This document shows, in pieces, positions 1 to 11,122 of a stretch of 43,676 nucleotides of DNA. This DNA comes from Bacillales bacterium UBA6331 (GTDB lineage: Bacteria; Bacillota_I; Bacilli_A; RF39; UBA660). How positions within the stretch are numbered: the stretch's first letter is position 1; each line of letters opens with the position of its first letter. Location: the NCBI GenBank assembly GCA_002438065.1, contig DJSP01000086.1, positions 1 to 43,676 of the forward strand, given 5' to 3'. The position numbers were made by a program, and so were the translations under genes. The notes below the pieces were generated by a model. It had not been told where the DNA came from and did not search any database. It saw only the letters and a program-made list of their open reading frames with translations.

Positions 1-172
1 CAGTTAATAACTAATAAAATACAATCGATTAATAAAAAAAGAATGTACGGTAGCAAGTATCTCAAATTTAAGCCTGTGGAGAATAAAGGTTACTTTATCT
101 ATGAAGCAGGAAAATATAGGTGGAAGAAGAAAATAATAAATTTTAATTTATTATCTTTGTTCCTTAAAAATA
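1..172 (+). repeat. Copy 1 of a diverged ~170-bp direct repeat (partner at 19932-20100). It covers the 3-prime end of a plus-strand reading frame open from the window edge (stop TGA at 181-183), an AT-only hairpin (about 133-152) and the last ~12 nt of the minus-strand XRE gene.
   Basis: By-eye alignment with 19932-20100: most positions are identical with a few 1-5 nt indels. Shared blocks include aatgtacggtagcaa, caaatttaag, taaaggttactttatc, gaagcaggaaaatat and gaaaataataaattttaatttattatctttgttc. Confidence 0.8.
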
Positions 173-585
173 CTATCCATTGAAATATTATGGTTCTTAC
201 AAATTGTATATAAACTCATTGTAGAAATTAAATTATTACCTAACTCATAATTACTATAAGTAGTTTGAGATATCATACATTCATCTGCAATTTGTTGTTG
301 AGTTAAGTTTAAATCTTTTCTAATCATCTTTAATTTTTCACCAACCATTTTTCTATCAATGCTATCAATTTTATCATACTTAACATTCTCACTATTTAAC
401 TTAAGTAAATAATCCATAGAATACCCATACTTCAAACTAAATTTATATAAATGCTTTAAAGGAATAACATCTCTACCGGTTTCCCATCCACTATAAGTAG
501 ATTCAGCTACATTAAAAACACTTCCAAGTTCCTTTTGTGTCATTTCCATATATTCTCTAATATATTTAAAGTTATTTTCGTACAT
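151..585 (-). CDS. XRE-family transcriptional regulator with two tandem helix-turn-helix (HTH_3-like) domains
   Basis: Two repeats of the Cro/CI-type pattern (MTQKELGSVFNVAESTYSGWETG and LTQQQIADECMISQTTYSNYELG). Start moved to the internal ATG (MYENNF...) because GGTGG lies 7 nt upstream; the track start at 615 has no SD. Confidence 0.8.
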   Translation of the reverse strand: MYENNFKYIREYMEMTQKELGSVFNVAESTYSGWETGRDVIPLKHLYKFSLKYGYSMDYLLKLNSENVKYDKIDSIDRKMVGEKLKMIRKDLNLTQQQIADECMISQTTYSNYELGNNLISTMSLYTICKNHNISMDSIFKEQR

Positions 586-671
586 CTTACTACCACCTAT
601 TATTAATTTTTGCATTAAAAAAATAATTATTTATAAAACTTGGAACTATTTGGTAAAAATATGATATTATA

Positions 672-1397
672 GTGTATATAAATGAAAAGAAAATAGGTAA
701 TTATATGAATTATAAAAATAAAATACTACAATATCTTACAAGTACTAAGCCGAAATATTATGGAATAATGCAAGAATTAATTAACAACAGCATATTTGAT
801 AAAACTATAAAGAATATTTTTTTAAAACAAAATAAAAATCAAAATATCGAAGAATCATTTATTGAAAAATTAACTTTCTTTGTTGATTTCTTTCACAGTA
901 ACTTTCCATCAATTAAAGAAAAAGAACAAATTTTAGAGTTAATATTAACAACAAATATTCCTGAATTTTTAACTACATCAGCACCTTTAAAAGAATTCAA
1001 CGATAAGTGCATAGTTTATTCCATGAAAAAAACAATCGTTCACAATTTTCTAACAATTTTTAAACAAATAAGAAATAATATTTCAATTCAAGAATTAAAT
1101 AAATGTAAAATAAAATATAACTACAATTTAGATAAAGTAACCGATGCTGAAGAACTATTTAACCTATTAAAAGACTTGGTAACAACCAACATAACTAATG
1201 ATGATTACCTAATATACTTATTTGACAACTACGCTAACAAAATGACCAAAATAGAAAAAGAATACAACCTTAATAAACAAGATACAATCATTAAAATAAA
1301 TAGTGAATATACCTACTATTACAAAAAGATTTTTTATAATTATAAAAAAAGAATAAAAGTAATAAACTTAGCTAAATGTGTATATAAAATAACATAA
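672..1397 (+). CDS. Hypothetical protein, no recognisable domain; divergent from the XRE gene
   Basis: Long ORF with AT-rich Lys/Asn/Ile codon usage like its neighbours. The track start is GTG at 672; ATG at 705 (MNYKNKIL...) is an alternative start. Confidence 0.55.
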   Translation: MYINEKKIGNYMNYKNKILQYLTSTKPKYYGIMQELINNSIFDKTIKNIFLKQNKNQNIEESFIEKLTFFVDFFHSNFPSIKEKEQILELILTTNIPEFLTTSAPLKEFNDKCIVYSMKKTIVHNFLTIFKQIRNNISIQELNKCKIKYNYNLDKVTDAEELFNLLKDLVTTNITNDDYLIYLFDNYANKMTKIEKEYNLNKQDTIIKINSEYTYYYKKIFYNYKKRIKVINLAKCVYKIT

Positions 1398-1487
1398 TAA
1401 ATCAAATTAATACTTAACCTAACAATTAAATATATCAAAATTCTACTATCTAATGTTATAATTAATATAAGATAAGAGGTTGGCATT

Positions 1488-4400
1488 ATGGTTTTAACTA
1501 GTGAAGAGATAAAATCTAAAGATTTTGAATTATTAAAATTATATCAAAATCAAGTTAATGAACTATTACAAAAAGATAAATATATCTCTAAAAAAGAATA
1601 TCTAAAAATATATAAACAGCTAACACCCATAATTCATAAACTAAAAATAATGGAAAAAGAATCTATGCTTGAACTATGGTGTCAAAAAAATAAAGTAGAT
1701 TACTACGAAATAAAAAGTCTCATTAACTTCTATACAAACACTAATAAAATAATAGATGATAAAAACACACTTTATGTAAATAAACATTTAGAACTTGATA
1801 AAGAATACTTAGACACTATTCTTGCTAAAGAAGATCCAAATATTAAATTAGATAAAGAACAAAGAAAAGTAATCCTTTCTGATGAAGATTATACATTAGT
1901 GGTTGCGGGTGCAGGATCAGGAAAAACAACTACCATTGAAGCCAAAGTTAAATATCTTATTGAAAAACAGCGCATTGATCCAAATCGTATCTTAATAATC
2001 TCCTTTACTAGAAAAGCAACTAATGAATTACAAACAAGATGTAAGACCCTAGGGCTTCCTGCTAAAATATCAACCTTTCACTCTCTAGCTAATCAAGTTA
2101 TTGGATCAAATGAAGAATCCCATCATCAAATCACAACTGGAGATTTAATGTTCAAAACCATTAAAGAATATCTTATTAACAATGAAAACGATGAAGATTT
2201 TGTTAAAAAGATTCTTCTATTCTTTGCCAGTTACTTAAATGTCCCATTTGGCGAAGAAAATATAAGTTTATTATTCTCAGAACTAGCTAAAAACGATTGC
2301 ACAACCTTAAAATCTGACATAACAGCATCTCTTAATGAATTTAATAAAAAACAAATCAGTCAAAAATATACTTTAAAAAATGAAAAAGTTAAAAGTGTTG
2401 AAGAATGTCGTATTGCAAATTTCTTGTACATTAATGGTATAGACTATGAATATGAACCTGTCTATAAATATTGTTTTACCAATACAACAAAACCATACTG
2501 CCCAGATTTTATAATTAGACAATATGATAAAGAAATATATCTTGAACATTTTGGAATATCCGAAAGTGGAGAAAATCCTAGATATACTAAAGAAGAACTA
2601 GAACTTTACAAAAAACATGTTAATGACAAAATAATTTTCCACAGAGAACACGGGACTAAATTAATTTATACATTTTCAAAATATAATGACCATAAAGATA
2701 CAATAACTCATTTAAAAGAAGAATTAATAAAAGCAGGCATCTCATTCGAACCTAAAAGTCAAAAAGCAATTTACAAAGCTATCTTATCGAATTTAGAAGA
2801 TAAATATTTTAACAAACTAGTTCAGTTAATATGCGTCTTTATTTCTAGGTTCAAAACTAATAATTTTAGCCCATCCAAATTTGATGAATGGAAAATAACA
2901 TTATCAGATGAAAGAACAAAATTATTTATAAATATTTGTTATGAATGTTATTTAGCCTACTCTAGCGTATTAAAAAATACGGGTAGTATCGACTTTGAAG
3001 ATATGATTAATAATGCCTCTAATATATTAGATAAACTAATTGAAAAACACGAGGAGCTTCCATACGACTATATATTTGTTGATGAATATCAAGATATCTC
3101 TCTTCAAAGATTTAATTTATGTGAAAAATTATCAAAATGTTCTAATGCAAAAATAGTGGCTGTCGGCGATGACTGGCAATCCATATTTAAATTTAGCGGT
3201 GCTCAAATTGATTTATTTACTAAGTTTGAACAAACAATGGGTTATGCCAACATTCAAAAAATAACTAATACATACCGCAATTCCCAAGAACTAATTGATA
3301 TAGCCGGCAACTTTGTAATGGCAAATAAATATCAAATATCCAAAAAATTAAAATCAAATAAATCTATAAAAAATCCCGTTATTTTAATGACATATAATGA
3401 TAAAACAGACTACATCTCATACAAAGAAGGCGATACAGTAACAAAGAGATTAGGAAAAGCAATTGAACATGCCCTAGACAATATCGTTAAAGAAAATGGA
3501 ATAAATCAAAAAGTATTATTTATTGGTCGTTATGGATTTGAACAATATATATTATCAAATTATAAAAAAGGATTTACTTATAAAAGAAATAAACTATATT
3601 CCAACAAATATCCCAAATTAAACATTACCTTTTTAACTGCTCACTCATCAAAAGGATTAACATATGACAACGTAATAATAATGAATGGTAAAGATGCAAT
3701 TCTAGGTTTCCCATCAAGAATAGTCGATGATCCTGTTATGAAATTAGTTATCAAAGATGAAGAAAATTTTGAATATGCCGAAGAAAGAAGACTATTCTAT
3801 GTTGCTTTAACTAGAACCAAAAATAAAGTTTATATCTTAACTCCTAAATATAAACCATCGAAATTTATTTTAGAACTAAATAATAACTATAAAAATATTC
3901 TAGTAGTTGGTGAAAAAATAGAGTCAGAAGTTAACTATGGAAATTTACTAAAATGCCCTTTATGTGGCTATCCATTACAAAGAAGAAGTAATAATAACTT
4001 TAAAATCCCTGGAGAAATATGGATATGTTCAAATGATCCTGAAGTATGTGGATATATAACCAATAATCCAAGAGGTGGAAAAATGTCTATTTCTAAATGT
4101 CCAAAATGCTCTGATGGTTATTTGATTGTTAAAAAAGTTCAAAATTCAACTAAAGAAAAATATATTTTAGGTTGTACTAACTATTTAAAAGATGGAACCG
4201 GTTGTAATGCCTATTTAGTTGATAATAAATATACCCAAGATTTAGAACTAGTTAATTTAGAATTTTATGATAAAAATACTGATATTCAAAAATTAACTTA
4301 TTGTAATAAAAACTTTATAGAACTAGTAAACGCTATTATATATATTGTAAAATATTATGAAAAATATAAATTTAAAATAAGTCCTAGAACAATCTTAGAA

Positions 4401-4634
4401 ATATTAGTAGGTGCAAGTAGCAAACAAGTAGACGTATTCAAATTATATAAAAATAAATATTATGGTTATTTAAAAGTAGATGACAGGCAAAAATATTGGG
4501 CATTATTTAAAGCATTAACCAAAGAAGAAATTTTAAATATAGATGAAAGTAATTATAGTAATGTGACTGTCTCAAAAGATAAATTAACTTTAGATGATTA
4601 TAAAATTATTTATGCATCAATTAAAATAAGATAA
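1488..4634 (+). CDS. UvrD/Rep (SF1, helicase IV-like) DNA helicase with an embedded PD-(D/E)xK-like nuclease insert and C-terminal topoisomerase-type zinc ribbons
   Basis: Helicase motifs: Walker A AGAGSGKTTT, motif II FVDEYQD, VGDDWQSIF, TYRNSQ, TAHSSKGLTYD, VALTRTK. Insert between motifs I and II: NFLYINGIDYEYEP...CPDFII...IYLEHFG. Zinc ribbons: CPLCGYPL...CSNDPEVCGY and CPKCSDGYL...GCTNY...GCN. SD AAGAGG before the ATG. Confidence 0.85.
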   Translation: MVLTSEEIKSKDFELLKLYQNQVNELLQKDKYISKKEYLKIYKQLTPIIHKLKIMEKESMLELWCQKNKVDYYEIKSLINFYTNTNKIIDDKNTLYVNKHLELDKEYLDTILAKEDPNIKLDKEQRKVILSDEDYTLVVAGAGSGKTTTIEAKVKYLIEKQRIDPNRILIISFTRKATNELQTRCKTLGLPAKISTFHSLANQVIGSNEESHHQITTGDLMFKTIKEYLINNENDEDFVKKILLFFASYLNVPFGEENISLLFSELAKNDCTTLKSDITASLNEFNKKQISQKYTLKNEKVKSVEECRIANFLYINGIDYEYEPVYKYCFTNTTKPYCPDFIIRQYDKEIYLEHFGISESGENPRYTKEELELYKKHVNDKIIFHREHGTKLIYTFSKYNDHKDTITHLKEELIKAGISFEPKSQKAIYKAILSNLEDKYFNKLVQLICVFISRFKTNNFSPSKFDEWKITLSDERTKLFINICYECYLAYSSVLKNTGSIDFEDMINNASNILDKLIEKHEELPYDYIFVDEYQDISLQRFNLCEKLSKCSNAKIVAVGDDWQSIFKFSGAQIDLFTKFEQTMGYANIQKITNTYRNSQELIDIAGNFVMANKYQISKKLKSNKSIKNPVILMTYNDKTDYISYKEGDTVTKRLGKAIEHALDNIVKENGINQKVLFIGRYGFEQYILSNYKKGFTYKRNKLYSNKYPKLNITFLTAHSSKGLTYDNVIIMNGKDAILGFPSRIVDDPVMKLVIKDEENFEYAEERRLFYVALTRTKNKVYILTPKYKPSKFILELNNNYKNILVVGEKIESEVNYGNLLKCPLCGYPLQRRSNNNFKIPGEIWICSNDPEVCGYITNNPRGGKMSISKCPKCSDGYLIVKKVQNSTKEKYILGCTNYLKDGTGCNAYLVDNKYTQDLELVNLEFYDKNTDIQKLTYCNKNFIELVNAIIYIVKYYEKYKFKISPRTILEILVGASSKQVDVFKLYKNKYYGYLKVDDRQKYWALFKALTKEEILNIDESNYSNVTVSKDKLTLDDYKIIYASIKIR

Positions 4635-4755
4635 GAACTATTTTTTAATAACACAAACCAAAATATCATACATACTAGAAACTACATAAAATGTAGAAAA
4701 TAGATCTCATATTTCTTAGCTCAAAAATTTAATTAAAATTATATGCAAAGACGTG

Positions 4756-4783
4756 TTTACATTAATTTAAAATTTGATATAAT
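4756..4783 (+). promoter_or_regulatory. Putative sigma-A promoter of the arc operon
   Basis: TTTACA (4756-4761), 16-nt spacer, extended -10 TGATATAAT (TATAAT at 4778-4783), about 45 nt upstream of the arcA ATG. Confidence 0.5.
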
Positions 4784-4829
4784 AATTATAGATAGTAAAA
4801 AAGACTATTATTAGAAAGGTAGGAGAGAG

Positions 4830-6077
4830 ATGAGTAATATTCATGTGACCAGTGAAATAGGAAAATTAAAAAAAGTATTACTTCATAGACCGGGTAATGA
4901 GTTATTAAACTTAACTCCAGACACTTTGAATGAATTACTTTTTGATGATATTCCTTATTTACCTGAAGCACAGAGAGAACATGATATGTTTGCTAAGGCT
5001 TTAACGGATAATGGCGTAGAAGTTGTTTATCTTGAAGATTTAGTAGCAGAAGTAATTGATAGTAATGAAAAAATTCGTGATAAATTTATTCGTCAATTTA
5101 TTATAGAATCTGGAATTCATACTATAAAGTACCAAATTTTAACTTATAATTTTTTAGATAAAATAAAAGATTCTAAAAAATTAGTACTACAAACTATGGA
5201 AGGAATTCAAATTAAAGACTTTCCTTATAGAAAAAGGGAAGTAGAAAAAACTCTAGTAGATTTAGTAGATGAACCTGAAAAGTTTATAGCAGCTCCAATG
5301 CCAAATTTATACTTTACAAGAGATAATTTTGCAAGCGTTGGTGAAGGAGCAAATTTAAATCATATGTATTCAGTAACAAGAAACAGAGAGTGCATTTATG
5401 CTGAATATATCTTTAAATATCATCCAGATTTTAAAGATACACCTTTATATTATAATAGAGGTTATCATTGGCATACAGAAGGTGGAGATTTATTAAATAT
5501 TAATGAACACACTATAGCTATTGGTATTTCACAAAGAACTGAAGCATCAGCTATAGATCAAATTTCTAAAAATTTCTTTAAAGATCCAACTTGTAAAATT
5601 GATACAATTTTAGCATTTAATATTCCGGTATCTAGAGCGTTTATGCATCTTGATACAGTATTTACTCAAATAGATAAGTATACATTTACATATCATCCAG
5701 CAATTTCAGATACACTACAAGTATTTGAAATAACTGAAGGATTTGATCCTACAACTTATGAAGATTTAAATGTAAAAGAAGTAAAAGGGTCATTAAAGGA
5801 AATATTAGAAAAATATTTAGATCATCCAGTAACTCTTATTCCATGTGCTGGAGGAGATAAAGTAGCAAGTGAACGTGAACAATGGAATGATGGTTCTAAC
5901 ACATTATGTATAGCTCCGGGAGTTGTCGTTGTATATGATAGAAATGATGTAACAAATAAAGAATTACGTAAAGCAGGTCTGAAAGTAATTGAGATTTGTG
6001 GTGCTGAATTGAGTCGTGGACGTGGAGGACCAAGATGTATGTCCATGCCACTTGTAAGGGAGGATGTTGAATGGTAG
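4830..6077 (+). CDS. arcA: Arginine deiminase
   Basis: N-terminus [19 protein letters not shown] and C-terminal catalytic-Cys motif [22 protein letters not shown]. First gene of an ADI operon. Confidence 0.95.
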   Translation: MSNIHVTSEIGKLKKVLLHRPGNELLNLTPDTLNELLFDDIPYLPEAQREHDMFAKALTDNGVEVVYLEDLVAEVIDSNEKIRDKFIRQFIIESGIHTIKYQILTYNFLDKIKDSKKLVLQTMEGIQIKDFPYRKREVEKTLVDLVDEPEKFIAAPMPNLYFTRDNFASVGEGANLNHMYSVTRNRECIYAEYIFKYHPDFKDTPLYYNRGYHWHTEGGDLLNINEHTIAIGISQRTEASAIDQISKNFFKDPTCKIDTILAFNIPVSRAFMHLDTVFTQIDKYTFTYHPAISDTLQVFEITEGFDPTTYEDLNVKEVKGSLKEILEKYLDHPVTLIPCAGGDKVASEREQWNDGSNTLCIAPGVVVVYDRNDVTNKELRKAGLKVIEICGAELSRGRGGPRCMSMPLVREDVEW

Positions 6078-7066
6078 ATTTAAGAGGTAGAGATTTTTTA
6101 AAACTATTAGATTATACCCCTGAAGAGATAAGACATTTAATAGATGTAGCAATAGATTTAAAAAATAAAAAGAAAAAAAATATACCTCATAGATATTTAG
6201 AAGGTAAACAAATAGCAATGATATTTGAAAAAGACTCTACAAGAACTAGATGTGCATTTGAAGCTGGTGCTCATGATCTTGGAATGGCAGCAACCTATTT
6301 AGGCCCAACTGGTTCTCAAATGGGAAAAAAAGAAACTATTGAAGATACAGCACGCGTTTTAGCAAGTATGTATGATGGAATTGAATATCGTGGCTTTGAT
6401 CAAACAACAGTAGAAACACTAGCAAAATATAGCAAAGTACCTGTATGGAATGGTCTTACAAATGAATTTCATCCAACTCAAATGCTTGCAGATCTTATGA
6501 CCATCCAAGAAGAATTCGGTTCATTAAAGGGAAGAAAACTAGTGTTCTGTGGAGATGCTAGAAATAACGTAGCAAATTCACTTATGGTTGCATGTTCAAA
6601 ATTAGGAGTTAATTTTACATGTTGCGCACCGAAAACGCTTTGGCCAGATGAAGAGTTAGTTAATAAATGCAAAGAAATTGCTTATGAGACCGGTTCTGTA
6701 ATAAACATGACTGAATACATTATGGAAGGCGTAAAAGATGCAGATGCTATTTATACAGATGTATGGGTTTCAATGGGCGAACCAATGGAATTATGGAAAG
6801 ATAGAATTGAACTTTTAAGCCCATATCAAATAAATATGAACGTTATGAATAATGCTAACGAAAAAGCTATTTTCTTACATTGTTTACCTTCATTTCATAA
6901 TAATGAAACAACAATAGGTAAAGAAATAGAAGAAAAATTTGGAATAAAAGAAATGGAAGTTACAGATGAAGTTTTTGAGTCTAACAAATCTAGAGTATTT
7001 GAAGAAGCTGAAAATAGACTTCATACAATAAAAGCTGTAATGTTGGAGACTATGAAAAATGAGTAA
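6071..7066 (+). CDS. arcB: Ornithine carbamoyltransferase (catabolic context)
   Basis: Motifs STRTR ([10 protein letters not shown]), HPTQ and HCLP (FLHCLPSFH). Overlaps the arcA stop by 7 nt. Confidence 0.95.
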   Translation: MVDLRGRDFLKLLDYTPEEIRHLIDVAIDLKNKKKKNIPHRYLEGKQIAMIFEKDSTRTRCAFEAGAHDLGMAATYLGPTGSQMGKKETIEDTARVLASMYDGIEYRGFDQTTVETLAKYSKVPVWNGLTNEFHPTQMLADLMTIQEEFGSLKGRKLVFCGDARNNVANSLMVACSKLGVNFTCCAPKTLWPDEELVNKCKEIAYETGSVINMTEYIMEGVKDADAIYTDVWVSMGEPMELWKDRIELLSPYQINMNVMNNANEKAIFLHCLPSFHNNETTIGKEIEEKFGIKEMEVTDEVFESNKSRVFEEAENRLHTIKAVMLETMKNE

Positions 7067-9443
7067 AATTGTTATTGCATTAGGAGGAAATGCATTAGGT
7101 AAAAATCCTCAAGAACAACATGATAAAATAGAAAACACAGTAAAATATTTAATAGATCTAGTACAGGCTGGAAATCAAATCGTTATTACGCATGGCAATG
7201 GTCCACAAGTTGGAATGATTTATGATTCTATGAAAGAAGATAAAATTCCATTTGCTGAAAGTGGAGCTATGTCACAAGGCTATATTGGTTATCAATTACA
7301 ACAATCTTTAAAAGATGAGTTAAACAAAAGAAACATAAAAAAAGAAGTTGTAACAGTAATTACCCAAGTAGAAGTAAATCCTTTGGACCCTGCTTTTAAA
7401 AATCCTACTAAACCAATAGGAGAATTTCTAACTCGTGAACAAGCAGTAGAAAAACAAAAACAAGATAAAGCCATTTATAAAGAAGATGCAGGAAGAGGAT
7501 ATCGAAAAGTAGTAGCATCTCCAGAGCCTAAGAAAATACTAGAGCTTAGTACAATTAAAAATTTAATTGAACAAGGCACCATAGTAATTGCCTGTGGAGG
7601 CGGTGGAGTACCTGTAGTTATGACAAAAACAAATGGCTACGAAGGAATAGATGCCGTCATAGATAAAGATAAAACAAGCGCATTACTTGCTAAAGATATT
7701 AATGCAGATACTTTACTAATATTAACTGATGTTGAAAAAGTATCTTATAATTATAAACAAAAAAATGAAGAAGAAATAAGTAAATTATCTGTAGCTGAAG
7801 CAAGAGTTGGTATTAGACATGACGAATTTAAAGAAGGAAGCATGTTGCCAAAAATAGAGGCTTCTATTGAATTTGTAAAAGCAACAGGAAATAAAGCAAT
7901 TATTACATCTCTATATAAAGCAAAAGAAGCCCTAGCTGGTAAAACAGGTACGGTAATTTATAAACCTGAAATAAAGAAAGAAGAAAAAAAGAAGAGAATT
8001 TCATTCTCTCTCAGTGCATTCACAATAATTTTAGCTTTAATATTTATACTTGCAATAATTACACATATACTTCCTAAAGCAACATATATTGGAGAAGAAC
8101 TCGTAAATGGTAGTGGAGTAGTAGGAGCAACATTAGCTCAAACATTATTAGCACCTATTCAAGGTTTTGCAGATGCTATTGATATTTGTGTATTTATCTT
8201 AATTCTAGGTTCATTCTTAAAAATAGTAAATTCTACACAAGCTATTGAAACAGGAATTCAAGTTTTAATAAAAAAACTTCATGGACATGAATTAGTATTA
8301 ATTCCTATACTTATGATATTATTTTCAATAGGTGGTACTACTTATGGTATGCTTGAAGAAACCGTTGGTTTCTATGCATTACTTGCTGCCGCTATGGTAG
8401 CAGCTGGTATGGATACAGTTGTATCTTCAGCAATTGTGCTTTTAGGAGCAGGATCAGGAGTTCTTGGTTCAACAGTAAATCCATTTGCTGTAGGTGTAGC
8501 AGTTGATGCAGCAAAATCCACATTACCGGAAGGAGTAGCTATTAATCAAGGAACAATAATTGGATTAGGAACACTATTATGGTTATCAACATTAATAATT
8601 TCCATAATATTCGTAATGCTATATGCCAAAAGAGTTATCAAGAAAAAAGGTTCAACAATATTAAGCCTACAAGAACAAAGAGACATGGAAGCTACTTATG
8701 GTGAAGATATTGAAAGAGCTGAAGCTAAATTAACAGGAAAACAAAAAGTAACCTTAATTTTATTTGCATTAACTTTTGTTATTATGATTATGAGTTTTAT
8801 TCCTTGGGAAGATTTTGGCATAACAGTGTTTGCAAACGCTAAAATATTTAGTTTATCTTGGTTAGTTGGTGTGCCAATTGGTCAATGGTATTTTCAAGAA
8901 GCAACTTTATGGTTTTTAATCATGACTATAGTAATTGCACTTGTTAATCGTATGAAAGAAAAAGAAATTGTAGATAAAATAATAGATGGTGCTGATGATA
9001 TGGTAGGTGTAATATTAATAATTGCACTTGCAAGAGGAGCATCAGTACTAATGAGTGAAACACACTTAGATAATTATATAATTTATAATGCAGCAAACTT
9101 ACTAAAAGTTTTACCAAAAGCAATATTTGCTCCATTAAATTATATTATACATGTTGGACTTTCTGTATTAGTTCCATCTAGTAGTGGACTTGCAACATTA
9201 TCAACACCAATTATGGCTCCAATTGCTCATCAAGTAGGATACAATGTTGAAGCCACTATAATGGGTATGGTAGCTGCAAACGGATTTGTAAATTTATTTA
9301 CACCAACATGCGGTGCAATAATGGGAGGTTTAGCTCTTGCTAAAGTAGAATACACAACTTGGTTAAAATGGGTATTTAAAGTGTTAGCTTGTATAATGAT
9401 TGCAAATTTAGTTATATTAACAATTGCAATGTTAGTTTTATAA
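7059..9443 (+). CDS. arcC: Carbamate kinase fused in frame to a YfcC/ArcD-type (C4-dicarboxylate anaerobic carrier family) polytopic membrane transporter
   Basis: The N-terminal ~305 aa carry [11 protein letters not shown] and [11 protein letters not shown]. From about nt 7990 there is a YfcC-like start ([20 protein letters not shown]...) and many hydrophobic helices ([17 protein letters not shown]). No stop or start codon at the junction. Confidence 0.85.
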   Translation: MSKIVIALGGNALGKNPQEQHDKIENTVKYLIDLVQAGNQIVITHGNGPQVGMIYDSMKEDKIPFAESGAMSQGYIGYQLQQSLKDELNKRNIKKEVVTVITQVEVNPLDPAFKNPTKPIGEFLTREQAVEKQKQDKAIYKEDAGRGYRKVVASPEPKKILELSTIKNLIEQGTIVIACGGGGVPVVMTKTNGYEGIDAVIDKDKTSALLAKDINADTLLILTDVEKVSYNYKQKNEEEISKLSVAEARVGIRHDEFKEGSMLPKIEASIEFVKATGNKAIITSLYKAKEALAGKTGTVIYKPEIKKEEKKKRISFSLSAFTIILALIFILAIITHILPKATYIGEELVNGSGVVGATLAQTLLAPIQGFADAIDICVFILILGSFLKIVNSTQAIETGIQVLIKKLHGHELVLIPILMILFSIGGTTYGMLEETVGFYALLAAAMVAAGMDTVVSSAIVLLGAGSGVLGSTVNPFAVGVAVDAAKSTLPEGVAINQGTIIGLGTLLWLSTLIISIIFVMLYAKRVIKKKGSTILSLQEQRDMEATYGEDIERAEAKLTGKQKVTLILFALTFVIMIMSFIPWEDFGITVFANAKIFSLSWLVGVPIGQWYFQEATLWFLIMTIVIALVNRMKEKEIVDKIIDGADDMVGVILIIALARGASVLMSETHLDNYIIYNAANLLKVLPKAIFAPLNYIIHVGLSVLVPSSSGLATLSTPIMAPIAHQVGYNVEATIMGMVAANGFVNLFTPTCGAIMGGLALAKVEYTTWLKWVFKVLACIMIANLVILTIAMLVL

Positions 9444-9450
9444 AAATACT

Positions 9451-9474
9451 AAAGAGTTCAAAAGAACTCTTTTT
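9451..9474 (+). terminator. Rho-independent terminator after the arc operon
   Basis: AAAGAGTTC-AAAA-GAACTCTTT followed by a T-run. Confidence 0.8.
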
Positions 9475-9691
9475 ATACAATAGGAATTTCATACTAAAAA
9501 AATAATCCCGCTAAAAAGGCATGTAACAATATATTAAAAATGAACTAATGAATAATAAGAGTAAGATATATATAATTATTTTTAAGAATCTACTGCCAAA
9601 CTATTGCATTGGTTCTATGAAATTTAATGAAAAAAATATATCACTGAAGTAGAAAGAGAGGTGTAGTCGAGAATTATCCACTCGACATAGT

Positions 9692-11122
9692 ATGAAAAAG
9701 AAAGTGTTTACAATTGTATTGTTAATATTTACTATATGTATTATATTAACAGGATGCACAAGAAATAAAAAGGATGAACTTGTATTAGTGACAGAGGCTG
9801 GTTTTGCTCCATATGAATATTATTCAAATGGTAAAATAGTAGGGGTAGATATAGATATAGCCCGTAAAATTGCTAAATATTTAAATAAAGAATTAGTAAT
9901 TAAAGATGTTGCTTTTGATTCAATAATAAATGAAGTAAAAACTAAAAAGAGTGATATAGGCGCAGCTGGTATTTCCTATACAGAAGAAAGAGCCTTAGAA
10001 GTAGATTTTACAATTAATTATGCATCTAGTAAACAAGTAATAATAGTTAAAAAGGATAGTTTAATAACAGATGTGACTAATTTACAAGGCAGGGTTGCAG
10101 TTCAATTAGGAACGATCGCCGATTCCTATTTGACAGAAAACAATCCAAATATAAATTTAATTCGCGAAAAAAAATTTTTAGCTGCCATCCAAGATTTAAA
10201 AGACAATAAGGTTGATGCAGTTGTAATGGATGAGTTGCCAGCTAAAAAATTAATTACTAACGATATGATTATACTTCCCAATCCACTCGTAGTAGATAAC
10301 TATGGAATGGTAGTATCAAAAGATAATAAAGAATTATTAGATGCATGCAATACTGTAATTGAGCGAATGAAAAATAATGGTGAAATAGATAATATTATTT
10401 TAACTCATATGGGTATAGACCAAAAAGTAAATAAAAATACAATTATAGATAGATTTTATAACAGTATTATATTAGACGGAAGATATAAATATATCTTAAA
10501 AGGGTTATTAAATACATTAACAATAGCGTTGGGTGCAGTTATATTAGGAGTTCTTTTAGGTACATTTCTTGCTATTATTAGAAATTATTATGATAATACT
10601 AAAAAATTAAAAATATTAAATATAATCGCAAAATTATATATAACAATTATAAGAGGAACACCTAGTATATTACAACTTATGATTATTTATTATGTAATAT
10701 TTAAATCAGTTTCTATTAACATAGTAATTGTCGGAATACTTGCGTTTGGAATAAATAGTGCAGCTTACGTAGCTGAAATCATAAGAGCTGGTTTAAACTC
10801 AGTTAATAGAGGTCAAATCGAAGCAGGCTATGCACTCGGCTTAGATTATAAAAAAGTAATAAGATATATAGTCTTACCACAAGCAATAAAGAATATTATT
10901 CCTGCCCTTGGAAATGAATTCATAACACTTGTAAAAGAAACTTCAGTAGGTGCTTATATAGGTATAGTTGAACTTACCAAAGCAAGTGATATAATTGCAT
11001 CTCGTACTTATGATTATTTCTTTCCATTAATTATAATCGCAATCATATACTTAATTATTACTTATGGTTTAAGTAAAATAGTTAATCTAATTGAAAAGAG
11101 GTTAAAAAATGTTAAAAATTAA
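9692..11122 (+). CDS. Amino-acid ABC transporter, fused lipoprotein substrate-binding domain plus permease (GlnP/GlnH-like)
   Basis: Lipoprotein signal with lipobox LTGC. The family-3 SBP-like first half is followed by a polar-amino-acid permease half (EAA-like region [21 protein letters not shown]). Confidence 0.85.
   Translation: MKKKVFTIVLLIFTICIILTGCTRNKKDELVLVTEAGFAPYEYYSNGKIVGVDIDIARKIAKYLNKELVIKDVAFDSIINEVKTKKSDIGAAGISYTEERALEVDFTINYASSKQVIIVKKDSLITDVTNLQGRVAVQLGTIADSYLTENNPNINLIREKKFLAAIQDLKDNKVDAVVMDELPAKKLITNDMIILPNPLVVDNYGMVVSKDNKELLDACNTVIERMKNNGEIDNIILTHMGIDQKVNKNTIIDRFYNSIILDGRYKYILKGLLNTLTIALGAVILGVLLGTFLAIIRNYYDNTKKLKILNIIAKLYITIIRGTPSILQLMIIYYVIFKSVSINIVIVGILAFGINSAAYVAEIIRAGLNSVNRGQIEAGYALGLDYKKVIRYIVLPQAIKNIIPALGNEFITLVKETSVGAYIGIVELTKASDIIASRTYDYFFPLIIIAIIYLIITYGLSKIVNLIEKRLKNVKN

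Noticed and set aside
1-183. Calling the plus-strand frame at the window edge a confident CDS.
   Set aside because: It is open from nt 1 and may be the 3-prime end of a truncated gene. However, it overlaps the convergent XRE gene by 33 nt, contains the AT hairpin, and I cannot recognise a family for it. It is kept only as part of the repeat description.
4786-6218. Minus-strand ORFs 4786-4971, 5822-6046 and 5964-6218, which overlap arcA/arcB.
   Set aside because: They lie antisense within strongly supported genes, have no SD and show low-complexity composition. The same applies to 6478-6672, 7292-7474, 8944-9135, 15702-15929, 17697-17888, 18102-18302, 18783-18965, 20109-20318, 20841-21083, 21366-21548, 26196-26459, 27340-27570, 27583-27771, 33347-33625, 34732-34980, 39338-39577, 41055-41258 and 42960-43172. 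All are treated as shadow ORFs of an AT-rich genome.
9480-9691. T-box leader or riboswitch upstream of the amino-acid ABC importer.
   Set aside because: I could not find the conserved T-box sequence (AGGGTGGTACCGCG-like), a specifier-loop/AGAGA arrangement or any riboswitch core I recognise. Only the short SD-proximal hairpin is notable.
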